50,389 nucleotides of DNA, from contig CAZWIF010000001.1 in NCBI GenBank assembly GCA_964634355.1, forward strand, positions 1 to 50,389. Direction: 5' to 3'. The notes beneath the pieces are model-generated. The model searched no databases, had not been told where the DNA came from, and worked only from the letters and a program-made list of their open reading frames with translations. Of the stretch, positions 6,767 to 16,500 are shown piece by piece. The position numbers and the translations under genes are program-made. The stretch's first letter is position 1. Every line of letters starts with the position of its first letter. The stretch is from an uncultured Clostridium sp. (lineage in GTDB: Bacteria > Bacillota > Clostridia > TANB77 > CAG-508).

Positions 6767-9523
6767 TTGAAGGTTCTTCAGAATTTATATTATGTTTATA
6801 AAATACCATCGAATAAAATAAATAGTTTACAAACATACAGTTTCAAAGATGCTAAAAGAGATGGTTGCGTAGTATCTATAGGGGATAATTTAGTCTTTGC
6901 TAAAATAAGAGAATATTATGGAGAAACAGGAGACCATATATCTTTATATAACAAAGTACAAGATATAAGAAAAGAAATGAAAAGTATAAAGAAACAACCT
7001 ACTTGTCAAGAAAATATAGATAAATTAAAAGATTTACAGCATCAGTTAGATAAAATGCTTTTTATAGATGATATAGTTAATATAAAGGTTATTACTAAAA
7101 AAGAATATAAACAAATTGCTAGAAATGGATTTGATTTAAACGGTAAACATTATGTAAGATTTATGGTTGGCTCTGGTCAAATGAGAAGAAATACCGTAAG
7201 TTTTATTAATGAAAAATTATATGATTATATGCAAGAGCATTTGATGTGTGGGTTGGATAAAAAAATTAAAAATATAAATTTAGCAAAATTGAGTGCTTAT
7301 TTTGCATTATCATTTTCATCAGTTTTGTGGGTGAGGGAGCCAAAAGTATGTGTTATAAAAGATTTTGATACAGTGATACCGAATCAAAGGCTTGATTTTA
7401 TTTATAAAGATGAAGAAGAAAAAAATCAAGTTAAGGAAATATATAAAGATTTAAAACTTAATAGCTGTGATGGGCAAGGGATTATAAGCCCAGAAATGGC
7501 TCAAAATTGGTCTGAAGATATGCACTTGAATTATGTTCCTTGCTCATTTGTGGTTAGAACCGCATTTATAAAAGGAAATTTGGTCACGTTTGATTTTAAA
7601 GAATATGCAAAAGAAAACGGTATAACTAAAATTAAAGATAGATATGGAACGGAATATAATATTGAGGATATAGATGTATTATTATCAGAGTCACAGTTCA
7701 AAATGGCAAAATATTATTCTGCTTGGGAAGGGTATTTAAGTTATCACCACTCTTACCATTTAAAATGGGGAGTAGCAAGATATAACAAGGAATTTGATGA
7801 TGAATATGTTTTAACTAATTATCAATATATACAAGTTCTTGATTTAAATAGAGAAGATATAAAGGGATTAGTATCTTATACAACAGATTGGTTTAAAAAT
7901 ATTTGTAGCGGTGATAAATTATATTCTTTAGCTTATAATATAGGTATTAAAAATCCAGAGGATAACTTATCAGAGATTGTTAATTCTTGTGGTAGTACCT
8001 TTACTAAAGCTATAGTAAAGAACTCTAATATGTTAGAAGATGGATACATTCAAAGAAAAATATACAATTCTATAAAAGAATCTATTCGTCAAGCTAAATT
8101 AGGAAGGATATGGGTGAAAGGAAATTATCAATTTATGATAAGTGACCCTATTGCTCAAGTAAGAAATGCTTTAGGCTTATCACCAGATGGAGAGCTGCAA
8201 GCCAATGAGGTTTATTCAAACTTCTGGAATGAGAGAAATGTTTCTGGTGAAGTTTGTTTAATGAGGAGCCCATTAACTCACTATTCAGAAATAAATGTAG
8301 AGAGATTAGCAAAAACAAAAGAAATGGATAAATGGTATAAATATATTTATAGCGGTGTTATATATAGCATATATGATATTGCCACTGTCAAGCACGCAGA
8401 TTCAGATTTTGATGGAGATATAGTTTGCTCAACTAATAATAAATATTTTTTAAAGGGAGCTATGAGGAATGAAATTCCTATAACTTATGAAAAAGAAATG
8501 GTTCCTACTCAAAGAGTGACATTGCCTAATTTTATTAGATGTGATGTTAAAGGTTTGGATACTAAAGTTGGACAGATTACCAATTATTCTACGAGCATGA
8601 TAGCTATGCTTCCATTATTCAAAGGTGAAAGACAGCAAGAGCAATTACAAGAAATGCAAAAAAGAATTAAACTTCTTAGAGAAATACAGGGTGCCGAAAT
8701 AGATAAAATAAAAGGAACTACTCCACCTCAATTTCCAAAAGAATGGAGATATTGGGTAAAAATAGATAAAGATGATGATGATATAACTAAAGCAGAAAAG
8801 TATAAGTACAATTCAATGGTTGTTAAAAAGAAACCTTACTTTTTTATTTATCTATATTCTACTTTGATGAAAGAATATAGGGCGTATGAAAAAAATTTTA
8901 ATAGCATAAGCTATAAACACTTCGGAATGTCCATTAAAGATTTATTAAAAAAAGAAAATAGGTCTGAAGGAGAAAATAAGTTAATTAGAAAGTATAGAAA
9001 ATATTCTCCTGTATTAGAGACGGATTGTGTTATGAATAATTTATGTAAAGAAATAGAAAGTTCTGATTCTGACATTAAATTCCATCCAAGTAAGGTGAGT
9101 TTATTAAATGATTTTGCTGATTATTCAAATATTGATAATGAGAAATTAATTGATTTAATGGATATATGCAAGACATATAAATCTGAAAAGCAATTTAAAG
9201 GATTTTCAGCCATGATAGAAAATGAAGGAATTGCTGATAGTGACATTGTAGAAATTATGAATCAAGTTTTATATGGGCATAAAGATGAATATAGAGAAAA
9301 AGTTAAAAATCTATTTAGTAATACAAGAGAGTTATTTAATCACTTGATGATGATGTGTCAGATAAAGAAAATGAATCATGATATAGTTTGGGATATAATG
9401 GGGGATGACATAGTAGATATTATACCTGTTTGTAATCCTACTGTTTTGGTAGAAGATGATAATGGTGTTGAATATTTAGGACATAAATATCAATTACAGG
9501 AGGTTAATAATGTTAATATTTGA
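6767..9523 (+). CDS. YonO-like single-subunit two-barrel RNA polymerase (beta-prime / RdRP-like), 918 aa
   Basis: HADSDFDGD (nt 8399-8419) matches the NADFDGD / DxDGD metal-binding loop. About 45 aa upstream, LMRSPLTHYSEI (from nt 8261) matches the NRAPTLHRLGI-type DPBB strand. TTG start at 6767 with AGGAGG at 6752-6757; the track's ATG at 6725 lies inside the upstream gene. Confidence 0.7.
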   Translation: MKVLQNLYYVYKIPSNKINSLQTYSFKDAKRDGCVVSIGDNLVFAKIREYYGETGDHISLYNKVQDIRKEMKSIKKQPTCQENIDKLKDLQHQLDKMLFIDDIVNIKVITKKEYKQIARNGFDLNGKHYVRFMVGSGQMRRNTVSFINEKLYDYMQEHLMCGLDKKIKNINLAKLSAYFALSFSSVLWVREPKVCVIKDFDTVIPNQRLDFIYKDEEEKNQVKEIYKDLKLNSCDGQGIISPEMAQNWSEDMHLNYVPCSFVVRTAFIKGNLVTFDFKEYAKENGITKIKDRYGTEYNIEDIDVLLSESQFKMAKYYSAWEGYLSYHHSYHLKWGVARYNKEFDDEYVLTNYQYIQVLDLNREDIKGLVSYTTDWFKNICSGDKLYSLAYNIGIKNPEDNLSEIVNSCGSTFTKAIVKNSNMLEDGYIQRKIYNSIKESIRQAKLGRIWVKGNYQFMISDPIAQVRNALGLSPDGELQANEVYSNFWNERNVSGEVCLMRSPLTHYSEINVERLAKTKEMDKWYKYIYSGVIYSIYDIATVKHADSDFDGDIVCSTNNKYFLKGAMRNEIPITYEKEMVPTQRVTLPNFIRCDVKGLDTKVGQITNYSTSMIAMLPLFKGERQQEQLQEMQKRIKLLREIQGAEIDKIKGTTPPQFPKEWRYWVKIDKDDDDITKAEKYKYNSMVVKKKPYFFIYLYSTLMKEYRAYEKNFNSISYKHFGMSIKDLLKKENRSEGENKLIRKYRKYSPVLETDCVMNNLCKEIESSDSDIKFHPSKVSLLNDFADYSNIDNEKLIDLMDICKTYKSEKQFKGFSAMIENEGIADSDIVEIMNQVLYGHKDEYREKVKNLFSNTRELFNHLMMMCQIKKMNHDIVWDIMGDDIVDIIPVCNPTVLVEDDNGVEYLGHKYQLQEVNNVNI

Positions 9524-10295
9524 TGAAAGAAAATATGCAAAGAATCTTTTAAAAGAAAAAAAATTTAAAACATACAGACAAAAAGATATTGAAAGATATA
9601 TTTTAATTAGATATTTAGCTGATGAAGGAAAGAATTTTGAGGAGATAAGAAAAGAATTGGAGAAATTTCCTCTTATGGGCTGTGAATATTTAGATAAGAA
9701 GGATATTGATTTAATTTATAGTAAAATAGTTGATAGGGCTCTTAGTTGCCCTCTTGTAACGGGTATTGAAGTAAATATTTATAAATCTGAAATAGACATA
9801 ATTAATAATTTAGAAGATGAAAATTTAAAAAAATTATTATTTATATTATTGGTTTATTATAAGTGGGCTATAAATCAACCATATTTATATTTTTTTAGTA
9901 AACATAATAATGTTAAGATGGTTATTACTAATGATATAGATGTTTGGAAATATGCTGGTATTATGAAATTGAGAGTTGCAGAGAGATATAGATTATGTAA
10001 TAGATTAATAATAGATGGATTATATGTAGAGGACAATTTTAAGTCAAATAATTATTTTTATTTACCTTTTTCTGTTGATGAAGGGGAGATTGCTTTTACA
10101 ATAAAAAGTTATGACAATATAATAGGCGAATTGCAATTTTATAATGACAAAGAACATTATAAAAGATGTGCTGTTTGTGGAACAGTTATAAAAAAAACTC
10201 GTTCCCCTAAAAAATATTGTGCTAATTGTGCATACGATGAAAATATAAGAAAAACAAAGAAAAATAAAAAAAGTTTGAAAACCCAATCCTCATAA
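9510..10295 (+). CDS. Hypothetical protein with C-terminal zinc ribbon (CAVCG...CANC), 261 aa
   Basis: Overlaps the RNAP gene end by 14 nt. The C-terminus is basic. Confidence 0.5.
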   Translation: MLIFDERKYAKNLLKEKKFKTYRQKDIERYILIRYLADEGKNFEEIRKELEKFPLMGCEYLDKKDIDLIYSKIVDRALSCPLVTGIEVNIYKSEIDIINNLEDENLKKLLFILLVYYKWAINQPYLYFFSKHNNVKMVITNDIDVWKYAGIMKLRVAERYRLCNRLIIDGLYVEDNFKSNNYFYLPFSVDEGEIAFTIKSYDNIIGELQFYNDKEHYKRCAVCGTVIKKTRSPKKYCANCAYDENIRKTKKNKKSLKTQSS

Positions 10296-10389
10296 ACCGT
10301 TGAAAATAAAGGGAAAACAAACGTTCGTAAAAAATATTATATATAATGAGAAAGAAAAACAAGTTTTATATAATAAAAGGAGTTTGAAT

Positions 10390-11592
10390 ATGGAATTAGA
10401 AAGAAAAGAAGGAGAAACAGAGATACAATATTTATGGCGTATTGGTAAAATGGTTGATGCTGGGCAAGTAGGAAGTTGGAAAGATATAACTCCCATTTTA
10501 AATAAGCAACTTAGAGAAGATGACGAATATTATGATGAATCAGCATACCGAAAAAAATATCAAGCAGCTAAAAAATTCTATGATGAAATCTTTTCTCAAC
10601 AGGGAGATGAAGATTTTAAAAAGGAACAAGAAGAAATATTGAGAGAAATTAAAAAAGAAAAAATAAAGTTAAGAGATGAAAGAACAGAATCTAATAGAGG
10701 AATTAGGATAGAAGCTAGAGTCGAAGATAAACTTGATTATCTTGAAAAAATAATTGCAAATCAAGGCAAGATAGACTATAAGCCTCTTAAACCAGCTGAA
10801 CGAGAATTAATAAAAACAAAATCTGATAATGATTTAATTATTATGTTAAGTGATTTGCATATAGGACAAACTTTTGCTTCAGCTTGGGGAAGATATAATT
10901 TGGAAGTTGCAAAAGATAGGATGAATCAATATCTAAATAAAATAATTGAAATAAAAGATAGACATAACTCTGAAAATTGTTTTGTGACATTGCAGGGAGA
11001 TATGATTAGTAATTCTATCCATAAAACTATTGCAATAACCAATAGAGAAAATGTAATTGAACAAGTAATCTCTGCTAGTGAAATGATAACATCTTTTTTA
11101 GCAGAACTTAGTAAGATATTTAACAATGTTACGGTTGCAAGCGTTGTAGGAAATCATTCAAGAATAGACAAAAAAGAAGATGCTCTCAAAGATGAGAGAT
11201 TAGACACTTTAATTGAATGGCACGCACAAAGTAAATTAGAAAATTTTGAAAATATAAAATTTGTTGATGCTTTTGATAATACGTTTACATCCTTTGTTGT
11301 TAGAGATAAACATTATTTTGTTGTTCATGGAGATTATGATAAATTTGACACAACAGGAGTTGCTAAATTAAGTATGATGGCTGGATACTTTCCTTATTGT
11401 ATTTTATTTGGGCACAGACATTTTCCTGCGGCAACAGAAATTAATGGCATTAAATTAATTCAATCTGGAAGTTTCCCTGGTGCGGGAGATGACCACACTA
11501 TAGAATTAAGATTAAGTGGGAGACCATCTCAAACAGTATTAGTTTGTAATAAAGATGGAATAGAATGTAACTACACAGTGGAACTCGATTAG
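10390..11592 (+). CDS. Calcineurin-like metallophosphoesterase with N-terminal helical extension (400 aa)
   Basis: Ordered motifs LSDLHIG, GDMIS, GNHSR, VVHGD and GHRH. The ATG at 10390 is preceded by AAGGAG, so it is preferred over the track's alternative start at 10300. Confidence 0.7.
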   Translation: MELERKEGETEIQYLWRIGKMVDAGQVGSWKDITPILNKQLREDDEYYDESAYRKKYQAAKKFYDEIFSQQGDEDFKKEQEEILREIKKEKIKLRDERTESNRGIRIEARVEDKLDYLEKIIANQGKIDYKPLKPAERELIKTKSDNDLIIMLSDLHIGQTFASAWGRYNLEVAKDRMNQYLNKIIEIKDRHNSENCFVTLQGDMISNSIHKTIAITNRENVIEQVISASEMITSFLAELSKIFNNVTVASVVGNHSRIDKKEDALKDERLDTLIEWHAQSKLENFENIKFVDAFDNTFTSFVVRDKHYFVVHGDYDKFDTTGVAKLSMMAGYFPYCILFGHRHFPAATEINGIKLIQSGSFPGAGDDHTIELRLSGRPSQTVLVCNKDGIECNYTVELD

Positions 11593-11627
11593 GGTTCTTT
11601 TTTATTTTGAAAGAAAGGTGAAATTAG

Positions 11628-12455
11628 GTGGCTACAAAAAGTAAAAGAGTTACTACGAGTCAGCCAAAAGAGCCTAAAAAAATTTGTCAAAATCAATCTT
11701 GCGATGCTATGGGTAGATACCAAAATAAGAGTAATTTTTATAAGTCAAGAAATATATCAATAGGGTATCATCCTTATTGTAAAGAATGTGTTAATAAAAT
11801 AATAGATATTGACAATATGCAAACGGTTTATGATGTTTTGCAGACTTTAGACACGCCATTTATACAGGATGTCTGGAAAGAGGCTCTGGCGGATGTAGAT
11901 GGTAATTTTATAGATAGGTATTTAAATTTAATAAATAACACATATAAGACAAGATATGAAAATGCAAGATTTAAAGATAGCATTTATGATAGTGAAATGG
12001 TATTAGAAAAAGATGAAGATGGAAAAGAAATTAAAAACTGGGATGATACTTGGCAAGGGTATTATTCAAAAAGAGAATTAAATTATTTAAATAAATACTA
12101 TCAAGATTTAAATAATGACTTTAAAATAATAACGACTAATCATAAGGATTATGCTCGAAGAATTGCACAGGCTTCGTTAACAATGAATGATACTTACAAT
12201 ATAATGAGAGATAATCCAGATGATAAAGATGCAGTTAGTGCTTATAACACTGCTGTATCGAATTTTGATAGATTATCAAAATCAGCACAATTCGCTGAAA
12301 GCCAAAGAGGAGCAAACGATGTTTCCTTGGGCTGTTTCGGTAGGGTATTTGATGCTGTAGAAAAACATAATTTTGTTCCTCAACATATACCAGAAGATAA
12401 AGATATGTTTGATAAAATTATAGACCAATTTTCAAATATTGAGAAGAGTTTATAA
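11628..12455 (+). CDS. Putative terminase small subunit (Cys-rich N-terminus), 275 aa
   Basis: Lies immediately upstream of terL with a TAATG overlap. GTG start after GAAAGGTGA. The assignment is positional only. Confidence 0.4.
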   Translation: MATKSKRVTTSQPKEPKKICQNQSCDAMGRYQNKSNFYKSRNISIGYHPYCKECVNKIIDIDNMQTVYDVLQTLDTPFIQDVWKEALADVDGNFIDRYLNLINNTYKTRYENARFKDSIYDSEMVLEKDEDGKEIKNWDDTWQGYYSKRELNYLNKYYQDLNNDFKIITTNHKDYARRIAQASLTMNDTYNIMRDNPDDKDAVSAYNTAVSNFDRLSKSAQFAESQRGANDVSLGCFGRVFDAVEKHNFVPQHIPEDKDMFDKIIDQFSNIEKSL

Positions 12456-14574
12456 TGGCAGTTAACATAAAAAAAGTCAGAAGAGGTGTTGAAGCTCAAA
12501 AAACTTGGGGATATGATAATACGGATTCCCCATTGAGTTATGACCCTATTAATGAAGAAAAAATTGATTATGAAGAATGGACTAAATTTTTATCGTACTA
12601 TAGATATTATGTTGATGAATTTGCAGTCGATATTTTAGGAATGGATAATTTATTTCCATTTCAAAGATTATTATTAAGAGCAATGGGAAGATTCCCAAAC
12701 ATAATGTTTATTATGTGTAGAGGTAGACGTACTGTTATGCCCCTGATTTATGGTGACATAAATCTAAGCATCGGGCAAAATCGGTGAAGGCTAAAATTAT
12801 AATCGAGGAGATAAAATGAAATATATGACAAAGTAATATAGTAATAAAAGGTTATAATAATGTTAATACCGAGATAATTATCTAAATTAAAAAGTAGATA
12901 ATATTGTAACGCATAGAGATTGAAACTTTATAAAAAGAATATAATATCTCCACGAGTGTCCGACATCTTATACAAAGATGAAAATATATGCTAATCTGAA
13001 ATGGAATTGACCATTTAATGAAAATGAGGGAAACCTCCAGAGTGATAGATAAAAAGCTATCAGTTAAGAACATAATGTTAACCAAGTCTTATATTGCTGC
13101 AATATTCATTTGCTGTATGGCTATTTTATATCCAGGTATGGCGATAGGTATAGTATCTGGAAACGGTAATCAAGCAAGAATGGTTATTAAACAGAAAATA
13201 GAAGGAGAATTATGTAAGAACGAAAATATTAAAAGAGAAATTAAAAGTATAAAAACAGGTATGGACGATTGTGTCGTTACTTTTAAAAATGGAAGTTCTA
13301 TAAGAGCCTTTACATTAGGTAATAATCAAAAAGGTGATACCAGTAGAGGATTAAGATTTCAATTGATATTAGTTGATGAGGCGAGATTGGTTAAGACAGA
13401 AGTTTTAAAACAAGTTTTAGTACCAATGACAAAAACTCCAAGAACTAATGCGATAGATTTAAAAAAGAGATTCCCAGATGCACCTTATGAAGAAGGTCGT
13501 ATGGTTTATATTTCTTCTGCTTGGTTAAAAACTTGTGATTTATATCAAAGATTTTTAAATTTCTATAGTCAAATGATTGCGGGAGATAAAAATTATTTTG
13601 TTGCTAGTCTTGATTATAGAGTGGGTATAGATGCAGGATTATTTACAGAAGAAAATATGATGATAGAAAAAAATGACCCGGAAATGACTCTCGACAAGTG
13701 GGCTTACGAGTACGAAGGTCGATTTGTTGGTAGTGCAAATGATAGTTATTATCCTTATGATATAACTTCAAAATGTAGGTCATTAGATAGATGTGAATTA
13801 GAACAGCCTAAAAAATGTCAATATAGATATATAGTAACGCACGATGTAGCCGTATCTGGCAAATCAGGTTCGGATAATGCCTGTACTCATGTTATAAAAT
13901 TAATTCCTAGAAAAAATGGTACATTTACTAAACAAGTTGTTTTTACAAAGACAATGAATGGAGCAACATTAAAAGAGCAAAGAGATTTTTTAAGGGAACT
14001 TATTCATATTAGATTTCCTAATACAGATAAATTAGTAATAGATGCTCAATCTGCTGGGCAAGGTTTGTTATCTTTATTAGAAGAGCCTTGGACTGCGAGA
14101 AATAATAGGGGAGAAATAGAAGAATTTCCTCCGTTGATTTGTGACGATGATGAAGAAGCACAAATATTATTACCAGATGCAGAGCCCTTAATAAGAGGGA
14201 TAACTGCTACTCAAGAATTTAATAGCACTTTTTATCCATATATGAAAAGTGGATTTGAAGACAGGAGCTTACAATTATTAGTAGACAGCAGTGAAAAAGA
14301 TGAAGAATATAAGAGTGGAAAATATAGACCTGAAGAACAGTTAATTCATATTGAACACGATAGTTTAGTTCAAGAATTAAGTAACATAAAACAATCATAT
14401 TCTGAATATGGGAAGATAATTTATACTAGAATTGTTAAAAGTAAAAAGAGAGACCGTGTTACAAGTTTAATGTATGGTTTATCTGTTGTTTGGGAATATG
14501 AGAAACAAGGAAAAGCAGATATGTATAAAAAAGAGGTAGACCCTCTTTCATATTTAAAAAAATATATATATTAA
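12455..14574 (+). CDS. terL: Terminase large subunit, split gene: exon 1 12455-12724, exon 2 13078-14574 (588 aa after splicing)
   Basis: Exon 1 ends ...FIMCRG and exon 2 starts LTKSYIAAIF.... Joined, CRG|LTKSYIAAIF has the spacing of the T4 gp17 Walker A region SRQLGKTTVVAIF. Exon 2 carries Walker B LILVDEA and a nuclease-domain-like IVTHDVAVSG. Confidence 0.8.
12725..13077 (+). mobile_element. ORF-less intervening sequence in terL, probable group I intron (353 nt)
   Basis: The 5' exon ends in U (GGT at 12722-12724) and the insert ends in G (13077). Candidate P1 is AGAGGU / GCCCCU (12739-12744) with a terminal U.G pair. Candidate P7 is GGAGAT (about 12806) / ATCTCC (about 12945), the latter preceded by the J8/7-like AAGAATATAAT. 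Stops occur in all frames. Confidence 0.65.
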
Positions 14575-14594
14575 AGGAAGGTAGGTGAATAAGA

Positions 14595-16274
14595 TTGAGT
14601 AATAAAAAAGTTAAATCTGATGCAGAAATTAATTTAACAGAAAAGCAAGTTATAGAGGTTTTACAAGCGTATGATAAAGCTTTAGATATTAGAGACCGTC
14701 AAATTGCTAATGGAACTTTTGATGTAGAGGCATTTTCAAGGGGCATGAATGAGGTTGGTGCATTTACACCATATACGCAAAATGAAATAATGAAAAGAAT
14801 CAATATTGCTACAAATAATACACCAGATGGAAAAAAAATAGATAGTGCATTATCTAACCCGATTGAAAATGAAAATAATCTAGTTAATTATGGTCAATCT
14901 TATTATTTTAGTAGTTTAATGTATAAACGAAATCAAGAATATCTAGCAAACCTACCTGCGTTTGATTTAGAAATGTCTTGTGTAAACGCAAAACCAGAGG
15001 ACTACAAAACAAATAAATATAAAAATGATTATGAAGAAATTAAAAAATTTCTTAATTCATTTAATTATAGAGAACAATTTAAAAATGTTACTTGGAGCAT
15101 AGTAATGAATGAAACTTATTATGCAATGTTTAGAGAGTTGGGAGATAAATCTGTTATCCAAGAATTTCCAGCTTCATATTCTATGATTACTGGAAAATGG
15201 GAATATGGTTTATTATATGATATAGATATGAATTGGTTTCTTCAAGGTGAAGTAGACATTAATTGTTATCCTGATTGGATAATTAAAAAATATAAAGAAA
15301 TGTTTGATGGCAAAAAAGAAAAGCCATATATACCAAGTAATAAGATAAATAAAAGAACTGGCACTTTTGGACTATGGACTCAAACAGACCCAGCCAATGG
15401 ATGTTGGGTTTTTAAATTTAATCCAAATCATAGTTTACAAGTTCCATTTTTTTCTGGGTTATTACCAGAAATGGCTATACTTCCAACATTAAGAAATTTG
15501 CAAGTTAATCAAAGTATGGCAGCCGCAAGAAAACTATTGGTTTCATCAATTCCATATTTAAATGAAAAGAAAGCAGCTAGTGTTGCAAATCAGTTAGCAA
15601 TAGATGCAGATACCTTAGGTAAATTTATTGGACTTGCAACCAAAGGATTAGAAGCTGCAATTAAAGTTTTGGCTTTACCAACCGAAGATATTAAAGGTAT
15701 TGAATTTACAAATACCGATAGTGATACTTATGAAACATTTATGACTTTAACAAGCTCTTTATTGAGTGGTGGTAAAGTAATATTTTCAACAAGTGAGAAT
15801 CAAAATGCAATAGAGACTCAATTTTCTATTGATATAGATAGAATGTTAATTAAATCTATTTATCCTCAATTTGAAAATTTCTTAGAATATTATGCTAATA
15901 AGCACACTAAGAAGTTTAAATGGAAATTTAAATTTGTTGGAACTAATGATAAGTTTGATAGAGAAGCTAGACAAGAAGAGGCATTTAAGTATGCCGATAA
16001 AGGTGTTGTTCTTCCAAACAAAATTGCTTCATCTTTAGGAATGAACAAAATAGAGCTAGAAAGAGAATTGGAAGAAATGAACGCTAGTGATTTTATTGAA
16101 AAATTAAGACCTATGATTAATATTTATACTCAAGGTAATGTTACTGAAGGTGCAAAAACAAATTCAGATAATAACAACACTGGTAGACCAAAGTCTAAAG
16201 ACGAGGACTTAACAAATAGTGGTAGCGAAACTAGAGACAAAGGGTCAAATATAGAAAAAGGTGGAAATTTATAA
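14595..16274 (+). CDS. Portal protein (559 aa)
   Basis: Size and position directly after terL. TTG start after GGAAGGTAGGTGA. Confidence 0.6.
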   Translation: MSNKKVKSDAEINLTEKQVIEVLQAYDKALDIRDRQIANGTFDVEAFSRGMNEVGAFTPYTQNEIMKRINIATNNTPDGKKIDSALSNPIENENNLVNYGQSYYFSSLMYKRNQEYLANLPAFDLEMSCVNAKPEDYKTNKYKNDYEEIKKFLNSFNYREQFKNVTWSIVMNETYYAMFRELGDKSVIQEFPASYSMITGKWEYGLLYDIDMNWFLQGEVDINCYPDWIIKKYKEMFDGKKEKPYIPSNKINKRTGTFGLWTQTDPANGCWVFKFNPNHSLQVPFFSGLLPEMAILPTLRNLQVNQSMAAARKLLVSSIPYLNEKKAASVANQLAIDADTLGKFIGLATKGLEAAIKVLALPTEDIKGIEFTNTDSDTYETFMTLTSSLLSGGKVIFSTSENQNAIETQFSIDIDRMLIKSIYPQFENFLEYYANKHTKKFKWKFKFVGTNDKFDREARQEEAFKYADKGVVLPNKIASSLGMNKIELERELEEMNASDFIEKLRPMINIYTQGNVTEGAKTNSDNNNTGRPKSKDEDLTNSGSETRDKGSNIEKGGNL

Positions 16275-16287
16275 AGGAGGATTGTGT

Positions 16288-16500
16288 ATGTTCGTAGTAA
16301 ATTCAAAAAATATTAATTTTTCAAACATATATATATGTGGAGAACAAATAGGCAATTTCCTAGTAGAAGAAGGGTTTCCACTATTAGGAAGAGAAGGCAA
16401 AAAGATGAAATTTGCCAAAACAGAAAGATTAGAAAAGGTTTTACTTCATTTACCTGCCAAACTTAAATTATTAAGAAAGGTGGGATTAATAGATGGATAA
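16288..16500 (+). CDS. Small hypothetical protein (70 aa)
   Basis: The ATG at 16288 lies 7 nt after AAGGAGG. Confidence 0.45.
   Translation: MFVVNSKNINFSNIYICGEQIGNFLVEEGFPLLGREGKKMKFAKTERLEKVLLHLPAKLKLLRKVGLIDG

Noticed and set aside
10296-10389. Several TATAAT-like hexamers upstream of the metallophosphoesterase gene.
   Set aside because: There is no acceptable -35 or TG extension at the right spacing. In DNA this AT-rich such hexamers occur by chance.
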